A stretch of 63,451 nucleotides of DNA, counting the filler, from Sphacelaria rigidula (Eukaryota), in the NCBI GenBank assembly GCA_964200075.2. It is 4 parts of 4 records of this genome, joined end to end, with 100 filler letters (N's around TTAATTAATTAA, not from the genome) between each part and the next. Parts side by side here need not be neighbours in the genome. Positions count along the whole stretch, not along the records: positions 1 to 15,790 come from CAXNAA020001589.1; positions 15,891 to 31,680 come from CAXNAA020001590.1; 2 more parts are not named here. One strand, given 5' to 3'. Made by a program: the position numbers and the translations under genes. A model generated the notes under the pieces. It was given only the letters and a program-made list of their open reading frames with translations, had not been told where the DNA came from and made no database searches. Shown here piece after piece: positions 13,210 through 24,400 of this stretch; the first letter of the stretch is position 1; each line of letters opens with the position of its first letter.

Positions 13210-13987
13210 CTAACGAGAGCATACTGTTAATCTACGTTAGATAAACCCCATGCTCTATGTCGATACACACATTAGTTTGAATTCCATCCACCAACTGATA
13301 AGTTAAATCCCAAAACGCCCAGCATGTTCGTCTGTTGAATTGACATCGTGTTCACTTGATAATGAGTGCCACATGTTGTTATCCATCTCGTGCTTGCTGG
13401 AAGGGCTGGATCTTCGCTTCTCAAGGTGTACGGGGAATCCGGACTAACTCCTGTGTTTTAGATATGCGGAAATCACATACACATCTGATGATGCCGTGAA
13501 AGAAGTCAGGTTTACCCTTAGCCGAGTTAACTACCACTCCTGGGTTGCCGCTAGCAAGCCCATATGCCCTCGCGAGTGATTAATTGGTCGAGTACAACTT
13601 GTATCAGTTTTGCTTCTAACTAACTTAGAACATGCTGTGTGCTGCCGACACAGCACAAGAAGCATGCGGCCGGCACAGCAGAAGTATGCAAACATTATCA
13701 TATAAACATGTCCATTCGTCAGACATGTACGATGGCACACGTCTCACTCACAAGGCGCTTGACTCGACGCTCTAGGTTATTCTGAGGGTGGACAATATCA
13801 CACTTCTTACAGTTCCACCGCCTGTTGCAGCGGATGATGCACATGTGCCGGTCGGAGGGCGCACGATACAATCAAGGCATGTCATGTGTAGGGTAACCTC
13901 ACACTTGATCCTGACCAAACCGGGCACGAGTCTTACATGAGCGTCTTCGAACCGGACGACAAAGGCGATATATATCTCACATGACCA

Positions 13988-14244
13988 GACACTTTCTACG
14001 ATACCCCCCCCCACCCCCCCAAACCAGCCTAAAAGTGCCACGAAAAAAATGGCCATACAGCGCTTAATGTTTGGGTTCAGGCTGCATGAAGCGTCTCATA
14101 ATGGCGACATTGGCTAAAACGAACCCAAACGTGGGAATTCCCAGCTGCTCGTCATGCTCGGCTTTTCTCATTTCGTTTTACGTGAAGATTTTGCCTCCCA
14201 AAACTATGCACTTTTTGAGGGCGGGGGCTATCGTAGAAAGTGTC
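13988..14244. mobile_element. MITE with GAC...GTC termini and 4-bp TSD (Sola-like)
   Basis: TIR GACACTTTCTACGATA(G)CCCCC, TSD ACCA/ACCA; partial copies at about 26026-26176 and about 26599-26650. Confidence 0.75.
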
Positions 14245-15729
14245 ACCATTTTGGAGCCGGACAAACGTTTCACATGGCCATCTTTGAATGAGACGATTAA
14301 ACCGAAAATCTCGCGTGGTCATCTGTTGATCTGAAACAAGTCTCACACGGCCATCTTTGAACTGGATGACACAAGCAGACACCACACGTGACCATCTGTG
14401 AAGCAAGCGTCTTCGTGAAATCTAATATGGCCATCTTAAACCAACTCAGGAACATGGACAGCAATGGGAAAAATACATGCGTAAACTTCGAGAAACATGA
14501 AAAACTGCCGTCAGACAAACACCGTTAATGCCACTTTCGCACACAATGTTTCCATGATCATTGTGTTTGCGTAGTGTCCGTATGATATCCGCACGGCATC
14601 GCAAGGTATTTTCGTTGCTAAGCAACGCGTACTAGACATGTCCACTCGATATTTCCTTGCAATGCGGGGAAGAGCGCAAAAGTGTTTCCTTAAGTTACGT
14701 CGCCAATTGCTTTGCACACAACACAAATTCGAGGAAATATTCCAGTGTTTCAGGATTTTCCCATGTTTCCGCTGCCGCTAAGAATAACCTTCTCATATGC
14801 GTTTAGCACTATACTTACATGGACTATTTCCCGTATAGTATCTGCCAACGGCCGTGTCAAAAATTGCTCTTCTATGAGGCATAGGCTACCGTGGGGATCA
14901 AGTATAGCTACATTGACGTGCGTATCTCAGGGTAGACAAAAATTACCACCCCGGTCGCCGTATGCGACGGAATGTGCAAATCATTACACACACACACAGC
15001 GGAAGAGAACGCACCTATAACGGCAACCGGGTGTCTTGGCACTGCAACTTTCCCCTACATTGAGGTGTAAGGCTCAGAGGCGGCGGTGCATTTCTACATC
15101 TAATCAGCAGGCTTTTGACGTTTTGATAGTCCTATGAGTCTGCTCGCAGTCTTGAAACCCCTCACCCCGCGCAGTATTGTTATGTTAGTGTTGCTCTCGC
15201 ACCCTCAATCAGAAACCACCTTGTTGGACTATAAATAACACCTTCTGAGTGATGAGGAGTGCGAGATCATCAAATTAGATCACACAAGATATCGACGATG
15301 TGAGTTCTGAAGTTCTCACGTGACCGACAGGTACATAGACCACCTACCCTGGATATTGATGAGTAAGAAAAACAGGGCTTAAACCTGTTAGTTGACTAGA
15401 TTGTCATACCAACCTGTGTGATGCGTTGTGATCTGACGCGCTGCTTTACTCCGATGAGAACATCAATTGGATATAAATCAATGGATAAATACAGTGCGCC
15501 CAACATGTGTACGGAGTATGTTGGTCCCTTCGTTCGTCGCGGGGCGGCACCCCGGTATATCGCAGCAGTGAACGATGGAATTTTCCGCAACGTACAACAC
15601 AACAAGCACAAACTGTGTGAAACATCCACTGAACTAATCATATCGCTTCTCTCTGCACGGTTTCACGACTACCACCGTCACCCGGCACTACGACCATCAT
15701 CCCCTCCCCACCACCCCCTCCCCGGTGAT

Positions 15730-15790
15730 CCGTCTCGAAACAGATGCGTGGTCAATGGTCAAACGACCAAGGCAAGCAACAAATGAGTAC
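15730..15790 (+). mobile_element. 3' end of the RTE-like LINE family seen in contig 4
   Basis: CCGTCTCGAAA..GATGCGTGGTCAATGGTCA.ACGAC.AAGGC.AGCAACAAATGAGTAC is nearly identical to 58072-58132. Confidence 0.75.
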
Positions 15791-15890
15791 NNNNNNNNNN
15801 NNNNNNNNNNNNNNNNNNNNNNNNNNNNNNNNNNTTAATTAATTAANNNNNNNNNNNNNNNNNNNNNNNNNNNNNNNNNNNNNNNNNNNN
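15791..15890. other. Artificial contig-join spacer (N44-TTAATTAATTAA-N44)
   Basis: 100-bp spacer with a six-frame-stop linker; identical design at three places. Confidence 0.97.
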
Positions 15891-16381
15891 CACCCACATA
15901 CACCGAAAGGTGTAGACTGGTGCCCAGAATAAATGGGACGACAACACACACAACACACACATGATGCTGTAACACGTCATTGTTTCACTTGGGGGGACCA
16001 AGGTGGAGAGGCGGGGTCTCTGGCCAGACAGAAGGGAAGGTTCACAAAAGCGCCAATCGTGTGGTGGCTTCGCAGAATGGCAAAACCCATGGCCCACGCT
16101 GACCATAAATCCTTCCTGCGTCCACTCAGACCACAGGTACCTTAGTCTATGAAGTATTCCAAGATGTGCACGGGCGGCACGTTCGCAGAACGGCACAAAG
16201 AACAAATCCCACGCGAAGACATGCTGCAAACAGCCCTTGACAAGCAACACTTCCCGCCCACACAGCAGGTGGTGTGTGAGAAGACGCAACAATGTAGGTA
16301 GTAACGCCAGAACACCCGACTTCGAGCGACTTGGAGCAGAACTCACAGCATGAAAACAACAGCTGCCACGACGTTTCAGAG

Positions 16382-19300
16382 TCACACGGCTCTCCTTCGC
16401 TTCCACGAACTCTGCATTTTCAGTATAACAGCGACTACCTTCGCACGGCTAGCTGCGCTCTGACTAAAATTATCCCTAGATATTCTTGAGAACGTAAACG
16501 ACTATAGAATAAAGATGAGGACCCTCACCTGGTCTACGGCTTTCTCTGGGCCATCCTTGTCGTCGTACAGGTTAAGCTTTTCCAGAACAGCTCGCCTGGG
16601 CTTCGCTCCACCTGCCCTGCTGACACTCTCATTGTCACTGCCGTCACGGTCGCGGGATAGACGACTTTTGGATGCGACGGTTTTTAATTTCACTGCGCCG
16701 TTGTGCGCCTCAATTTTCTTTGCCAGGCGAAGCATGTCCTTGTTAGCTGGGTGTAGAGGGCAGATATTTGATCGAGCCAAGTGAAGGGGAACAAAAAAGG
16801 GGGTGGATATTGCTGACGGTATCCAACGTTTGCCGGGTTGGTTTCGGAGGGTGGCCTGGGAAACGACAGCGAAAAATGATACACCGCAAAACGGCGTGTG
16901 AAAAGTGTCCATGGAAGAAATGAAAAGAGAAACTATATCGAGGAAAAGAGCTGAATGTCTTGTTCCAATCCATGCTGCGCCGTCTTGCCTTACACATTGC
17001 CTACTGGAGACTTAGCGGAGCGGAGCTCCAGCGAAAGATATACGGAGTACACATGTAACTCGAGGGTCAAGAGCTGCAGATGCATCGTTCAAATACTGAA
17101 CAGTACAAGCAAAATATAGCGGAAAGGGCGGGCCTGTTGCTACATGCAGGTAACCTTCTGGAAACACCGGTCCGTGAATTGCGAATCCTACACGAGCAAC
17201 ATCAATAGCTTGGCGGACATGTACGAACAAGAATATCAAAACCCTGTGCCCACAAAGCGTCTGCTTTCTACAGTTGAAAAATCGGACAAGATTTCAGAGA
17301 GGGGTTAACTACTCCGAAGACTGCATAGGACCACACAACCTTGGCGCGTGGGCGGACTCCGATGAAATCGCTTACCGGGATCGCCGATCAAACCGGAGTT
17401 GATAGCCGCAGCGGCGTTTTTCATGTCACCCAGTCCTATGTACGCCTGTGCCAAGCGGTAGAAACCTTACTCGCGAACGTGAAACGTGCGAGCGTACGTG
17501 CGCGACCACACAGGGAATGGCATGGAGAAGAAAAGCAGCGCTCCGGGTCGTTTGGGGGACAGTGTTCGAGACAAGCGGGCAAGGCAAGCTCGACCGCACG
17601 TTACACACCACATATCACTCATAGTAACGGCTGGCATGAGTGTACAACAACAACACGACGGTCTACATATCTTCGATTTGCCACGCGTATCGTGGTGCAG
17701 TGCTTGTCGGCAACATTATCAATCGTCAGCCGCAAAAGGCGCACGTTCCCCAGTGCCACAACTCGCTCCCAGTTCGTGGTGCGAACACAGGCAGGTTGCC
17801 ACAACAGTTTCCGGCCAGATGAACGTGAAAATCGATAAATAGGTGGCAGGAACAGGGCCCAAGCGCTGCCCCCCTTCCCAGTATTGTGTTCAGCGGATGT
17901 CTCAGCATAGTTAGTCATAGTGCGGTGGATCGCCAGCATAGTGCGGTGGGTTACCAGTCCGGGATGATCCCGTTATACCGCGACCCTGCACTTTACTGGT
18001 ATATACGAGCTGGGCCAGCCAAGAGGCGGATTTGAAGTTTGCAGGCCCATGCGCCGGCCAATATTTAGAGTTGGAGCGTAAAATTTGGCATGGACAATGC
18101 ACAAGGCACAAGAAAAAATTACGTCAGCACCATTTTATTGAGGGCATTTTACTGATATCTGAAAACTGATTATTGCCCTTAATTCATGAAAAAAAAAATT
18201 GGTGCTGACGTATTTTTTTTATGCCCTACGCATTGTCCATACCAAATTTTACAAGGTTGCCTTCTGTAAGGTACAGGTACGTTCTGCAGGGTATGAGTTT
18301 CCTTACAGAACCTACAGAACTGTCGGGTACCGGTACGAAAATCTTACAGATCAGTTACAGAACTCGTCGGGTACGGTACGGGAGGCCTGCAGAAAACCGG
18401 TACCGGTAATCGGGTAAGTCTTTTAGGGCATACCCGCGCTCCGGGTACAGGTAAACATTCTGTACGGAACTCACAGAACTGTCGGGTAAGGGTATGGGAG
18501 GCTTACAGAACTCACGGAAACTGTCGGGTAGGGTATGGAGGTTGCACGGAAAACCGTACCCGCAACCGGGTATATTATCAAGAGCATGCCCGTGCCCCCG
18601 GGTAACGGTACAAGAGGCTTACAGAACTCACAGAACGATCAGGTACGGGTATGAAGGTCTTACAAAGATTGCGGAACTGTCGGGTACCGATATGGAAATC
18701 ATACACAGTCTACAGAACTGCTGGGTACCGTAAACACTCGGCAAAATACCGTGGGATACAGAAAACTGTACCCTACAAATCACGACCTTGGTATTATCAT
18801 CACCCCTGTGGTGGGGACCTACGTCACTACAACAGTGGCGAAATACATACGACAGTTCACGAAAACTCTGAACAAATGGCTTCATGGGGCTGATAGAGAA
18901 AGACTACACGAACAATCGCAGTAGTACATGTGCACGGGATCATCTACATCTATCGGCTTCACGTACACTCCCAGAGAGTACATGAAGGAGCACTGACGGC
19001 TGCCTGCTCCGTGGAAGCCCTTGCACGCGACAAAATCGCCGACGGCCTTGACGACTTTCGGTGGCAGCTCATACTCCGTGCTGTACATGTCGATAGCGGC
19101 CTGGGGTTTGATGACCACGACATCACCACCATCAACGTCGATGACGTGCGCTTGCTACTTGATCCTCTCGTGGTGCACATGAATCGCCCCCGCTCGAGCC
19201 ACCACTCGAGTCTGGGGGTGATCCATTCTGACGGTCTGCAGGGCTGCTCATGTTTCGTATTTCTACTCAGCGGTACCTCGTATCCCGTTAGATCCCAAAC

Positions 19301-21166
19301 TAAGGAAGTTTTCAACATTGAATTATGAATCATTGTTGGTGTGCAGTTTTGAATGAAGATGTTGGGTGGGTTGATCGATGGGAGGTACATGTTCAGGTCA
19401 TGAAGTTGTGTTTCGATTGAACCTATATCCGTACCTCCCCAAGGCATATACCTGTGCTCATACCTGCAATCGGGTATATCTATAACCGTATACCTTAACC
19501 CCGTGTAGGGGTATTGGAAGCTTACAGAGCTCACAGAACTGTCGGGTACCGGTACTGGATGAAAGTCTCACAGAAATCATAGAAGTTGTTGGATATTGTA
19601 TGGGACGCTTGCAGAAAAACGGTACCGGTAATCGGGTATTTCTTCAAGAGCATACCCGCGCTCCGGGTACAGGTAAACATTCTGTACAGAACTCACAGAA
19701 CTGTCGGGTAAGGGTATGGGAGATTCAAAGAACTCACAGAAACTGTCGGGTAAGGGTATGGAGGTTGCACGGAAAACCGTACCCGCAATCAGGTATCTTA
19801 TCAAGAGCGTACCCGTGTCCCCTGGTAATGGTAGGGGAGTCTTACAGAGATTACAAAACTGTCGGGTACGGCAAATACTCGGCAAAATACCCCGGGTATA
19901 CAGAAAACCGTACCCAACAGCACACAACCTTGAAATTTTACGCTCCAACTCTAAATATTGGCCGGTGCATGCGCCTTCTAAAAACCGGGTCGGTATAAAT
20001 TCGGAACTTTTTTTTCGCAGGCCACTCAACGGCCCACGTTTGGTTTTTGTGTATTGAAATTTTGTGTGGGTCCTTGCTAGGGCATAATTAACAAACCTCA
20101 GTGGGTCAAGATGATCTTGTTATTCTTTTCGCTGGTTTAGGGCGTTCTAGTATGGTGAATGCCCATTTTGTTTTTATCCAGCATACCTTCGTGGTTCTCC
20201 ATGCTAAGTTTCAAATCACAATTCTAGAAATTGAACTAAAAAATTGAGATAAAGCCTATGAGCAAGGTTCATTTCTCTTCAAAACTCCACCACAAACACG
20301 AAAGTAAATGAGAAAAAATGAGAAAAAATGAAGAAAAAAACGAAATAATGGTTAAAAGCTTTTTTTTTTATCATTCACTAGCGGTTCTTCATACGAAATT
20401 TCAGACACAACTCTCAAAAACTGAGACGCAATATCTAGATTTAGGGCATCTAGTGCCTCCGCTCGTAATATTTTGATTTTAGTATGGAAGCCTATGTGCG
20501 CCACATCTCGAGATAGATTGCGAATCAGGTGAAGGTGAGGGTAGCTATCGTCTCCCCGTGCCCCAGGGAAGGTCCACACCAAAAATCGTCATCATTCGCT
20601 GAATGTATCGTTCGAGGTTTCATGTAGATTGTAGTGTGGGCGCTATCGCCGTACGGTATACGAATTACTAGACATGGAGTTTAATTAACGAGGAAATATT
20701 GGCCCAGATTCTTGAGCAGATGGGCACCTTCCCCTGGATTAGACGATTAGTACGACATGCGGATAAAGGCCCAACTTGTCTGTGTCGATGAGATATTGCT
20801 TGAAGAGTTGAAATCCGTTTTAAGGCTGACCCAGCTCGTAGCGGATCGGAGTTGTAACAAGTGATTTTGACCGCGCTGTGGTGGGACCCACCCTTCATAC
20901 ACGTAGGCCGTGCTGGTGGGTGAATTCAAGGGAAAGCATGCGAAACCGCGCGAAAACGGAACAATGGGTTTCCTCCCACCCTTCAAAAACGTCGAAGCTG
21001 GAAGCCATGGTTACATCAGACGTTGAGTGATTGAAGTCATTTTTCTGATGATTTGATTCGAAACTTGGCTGCCTCTGTACCTTTCGTGTAACCACTGTTG
21101 AGCTCCACACTCGCGCGAGCATCCGCGACAGCGTTGCTCCAGTTGTTGTTGCCGGCATAAGCGGCG
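16382..21166 (-). CDS. TPR-repeat protein (STI1/HOP-type TPR), partial; exons 21166-21081, 17465-17376, 16746-16529, tentative last exon 16411-16382
   Basis: GT-AG exons with compatible phases splice to SAAYAGNNNWSNAVADARASVELNSGYTK-G-FYRLAQAYIGLGDMKNAAAAINSGLIGDP-A-NKDMLRLAKKIEAH, matching TPR consensus NRSAAY..L.....A..DA...I.L.P...KGY.R.G.A...L.....A......GL..DP.N. The upstream exon was not identified. Confidence 0.72.
18280..18780. repeat. Degenerate tandem array of (CAGAACTC)ACAGAACTGTCGGGTA units; block duplicated at about 19520-19920
   Basis: Many motif copies visible; the about 400-bp block recurs in direct orientation. Confidence 0.85.
18967..19235 (-). pseudogene. Decayed coding exon carried inside the DNA transposon
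   Basis: CCCTGCAG acceptor, GTACGT donor, GC3-rich frame TVRMDHPQTRVVARAGAIHVHHERIK*QAHVIDVDGGDVVVIKPQAAIDMYSTEYELPPKVVKAVGDFVACKGFHG with one internal TAG. Confidence 0.5.
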
Positions 21167-21331
21167 CTGAAAAACGGCGAAAACGGAGGCGTAAAACAAA
21201 GCGTATAGGCGATCGTCAGCAAATGCAAAAATAGTGGGTGATCATGTTTTCGTCGAGAATGAGTATCAAACCTTTGGCCGCGAACCCCCTCAGATGGACT
21301 CAGGTAGACTGTGTCACATTTGGGGTTTAGA

Positions 21332-22203
21332 CAAGGGCGCTCAGAAAAAAAAAATCTGGACCCCCCCCCCCCCTCAGCACCTCCTGATTTCAAAAACTTT
21401 TTGCTCAAACTGAACACTTATTTCTGAGCCTTTGGGGCGCCAGTGCTCAGCAAGACGTTCCCGGAATGGTATAGACGGAGGTTTTTGTTGTTTCCGATTC
21501 TTTTTTGAGCAAACCAGTGCCAGCAACGACTTCACAGTAACTTTTGTAGACGATGCGTAGACGAATCGCAAGTGTACGTGAAGTATGTATGCAGTCGGCA
21601 AAAGTTGACAGTTCTTGGGCCACGTACGGTAGGGATGTGTGGTCGGCTCGTCCTCCTTAAAGACACGTCTCTCCGCAGATGGAAGAAGACCATCAAGATC
21701 ACCGCGCGCGGTACTCTCAAACCTATACATGTAATGACCGCCATCGCGTACACATCTGTAGACTCTCGACACTGGCTACTTTGTAGACTGTACAAGTTCG
21801 GTTACACATTGAAGTGTATTGGCCATACATAGACAAGGCATACTTAACCTATGTATGTACTCTTGAGGAGGGTTTCCCTGGCTGGGTCGCTACTACTTTA
21901 TGTGTACTTGCCGGGTTCGCTTCCGTGGTGACCGCGTTTGTTTTGGTATGGAGCGGCAGAACTATTTACGTGCTCAATATAAAGCCTTGAGTGTGCATGG
22001 TCTGAAACCCATACAAAACAGATATAGACTATATAGGGTGTAGAATAGGCATACTAAATAGTACATAGTGTAACATTAATATACATTTTAGTGTGCCCAG
22101 TCTAAATCCCATACAATAGAAGAAATTGCCCCCCCCCCCTCAATCAGCCCCAAATTCAAAAATGTGAGTGTGGGTCCAGGAAAATTTTTCTTGGGCGCCC
22201 TTG
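21332..22203. mobile_element. Possible hAT-like non-autonomous element
   Basis: CAAGGGCGCTCAGAAAA versus TTTTCTTGGGCGCCCTTG inverted ends; no TSD found. Confidence 0.35.
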
Positions 22204-23349
22204 CCCCCTCCTCTATTGTTGTTGAACGATTCGCACATCAATGAAAATCTGTGCGACGAGCTCGCTGTCGCCGTGGAATTCTCTGATTGAGTAAGCTAAA
22301 CTACAGTAGTGGGAGCCTGAACTATTCATTATTTTGTGATTTCTTCGTGATCGGCGGTATTTCATCGGCTCTTTCGCTTTCCACCGCTCATCACATCGAG
22401 GAGCTGAACATACTGGTATCCGCCTCAGATTCCAAGAAAAAACATCGGTACTCGATATTGAGCGACTTATGGGCTGACCGGTCTTCGGGGGTCCTGACAT
22501 GTTCTAGCCCAGGTTCTGGCTCTTCAGTATTTTTGGTCAATCGAGCCTGTCCTGATCGTGTTTGTGAAGGAATATGCATGGTTGTTTCCTTAAAACTCTA
22601 CCTACTCATTGCACTAGAGCCGAAAAACTGTTTTTCACGGTCAATAACACCCCCTGATAAACGGGGTATCTGCTCGTATCGCCCGATAAAACCACCTAAG
22701 ATCAACTTGGGCACTGGGGGAAAAGACGATCGGTTCATGTTACCAAAATCTACTACAAAATTTTACCAAAATCTACTATAATAATGCTGCAGAAGCACTT
22801 TAGAATTATATTGAAGAGAAGCCGCGAGAAAAAACTCTTCTGAACAAAATATAGTTCGGACGCCCACTACTGCAGTTCATCAACGAAGTACAGTGGTAGT
22901 AACAGAACTCGAATCACACGATCTTTGTCCGTCCGTGCAAAACCTACAAATGCCCCCACAATATCACACACGCGTTCACCCGCCGACTGACAGGTACTGC
23001 CACCCTCACCCTCTGCTATAACTAAAGGCTGAAGCTGCCGTGCCCGAAATCCACGCATAGGGACCGAGTGAGTTGTGCTCAAGTATGTCGTCGAAGACGA
23101 CTGCTGTTGTCGGAATATAAGGATGCCAACAGCCACATAGTATACTAGGTGGACCGCGTTCTCCGCACTGCTGGATAGACAATACGCGTAGGCTAGGGAA
23201 CTGAACAACTTGGTTTCGGCTGTCCCAGGATGGGCTGCTAGACGATGGTGCAATTTGACTTCTCTGAGCCATTCGATGTTAGGGATCACCCTATTCTTCC
23301 TTTCTATTCTGCAGCATTTTGTTGTCATACTGTGAACGGCAAATATATC

Positions 23350-24400
23350 CTCCTCAGATGCAGATGTTAATAATACGAACCTCCTCTCCAAAATAGGAAG
23401 GGGATCCATCGTTCCCTAATGCGCATGTGGGTCTGCTGCAAGGGCTTATGGGATTTCCGAGGTGCTTGTCGCAAGTTCCTCGTCTTCCCTCTCCTACTAT
23501 ACGAAACGCTGTATGCTGCACACAATATACCGTCACTTCTAGCATCGAATATCGGGTGTACACAAGTTTTAATGTGGCAGTGTGGACCCAGGGCCATCCG
23601 TGACACGCCGTCAGCACGACAGTTTCCTGTCGTTGTATATCAATAGTATCCGACAAGAAATCGCCGAGGCTGTCTGGTCACCACTCCAGCGCGGGTCCCC
23701 TGCCGCAACAATTTGTTCGGTCAAAACCACAGGGAGTAAGTAGTACATCGGTGCGGGAAGTCTTGGCGAAGCGCACGACACCACATGAGGCATGCATGTG
23801 TCCGAGGCGCGGTACAGTACACTTCTCTGTTCAGTGCGTATGTTCACCTATGTCCACCACCATCGACAACAGCGGTTTCGACACGGCGATGCATTTTTCC
23901 AGTTATGCTCCTGCTGTACGTTTTACAAGGGACTATCAGGTCCATCCATCTTCTCAACATTTCCTCAACAAACCCACATGCAGCAGCAGTACATGTCACC
24001 CACCTGCCGAGTATTTTTCAGAAGTGGTTAACCCCACAGGTAAACTGATGCCCCGCAGCGGAGTAGTTGATGCTATTGCGCGGAGGCTTCCCAGGTGGAG
24101 ATGACGGACCGTTCGAGGAAACAAGTACGGGTAGCACCGAAACGCGTCTAGCTTTTTCCTACTGCAGCTTTTTGGGCCAAGGCAAAAGAGCGGTTCTCGT
24201 GGCCTAGTAAACTTGCGATGCTTGCCACAAAACGGGCAGTGCGGCGCTGCGACGAGTAGTCCACCGTGTGTTTGAAGCGATTTGCAGAAGGGTCTCACCC
24301 CTTAGCCCGCGCTATCTACTCTCTCTAGCGGTGACCGAGCCTCGTATCGGTAGTTGTAGTAACAGTATAACCCAGGGTAAGGCCCTTTGTGCTCTGTGGT
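23350..24400 (-). mobile_element. Highly decayed Ty3/gypsy integrase remnant
   Basis: Fragments FCKSLQTHGGLLV...KFTRPREPL and EEMLRRW resemble the C..C / P.E.L and LL.W regions of gypsy integrases; many frameshifts. Confidence 0.3.

Larger units (their letters stand above)
18005..20660 (+). mobile_element. Large composite non-autonomous DNA transposon (CAGGCTGG-type end) inside the TPR-gene intron
   Basis: Left end matches the reverse complement of 1275-1320. Inner inverted pair GCCGGCCAATATTTAGAGTTGGAGCGTAAAATTT (about 18054-18087 / 19932-19965), hairpin 18080-18250, two arrays of ACAGAACTGTCGGGTA-type repeats. Right part is shared with 300-1000 and 31130-31570. Confidence 0.7.

Noticed and set aside
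15835-15846. TTAATTAATTAA palindrome as a biological motif
   Set aside because: It is an assembly linker embedded in N runs, identical at all three joins.
17155-17187. 33-nt minus-strand exon DSQFTDRCFQK in the TPR gene
   Set aside because: Its phase is incompatible with the preceding exon; the direct 17376-to-16746 join gives the canonical DP.N motif.
18280-19920. Repeat arrays as a CRISPR locus
   Set aside because: Units are degenerate and irregular with no unique spacers and no cas genes; they sit inside a eukaryotic DNA transposon.
22867-23409. 180-aa ORF with HHRLAAHPG as an integrase zinc finger
   Set aside because: It lies downstream of the putative C..C remnant, which is the wrong order, and no other motif supports it.
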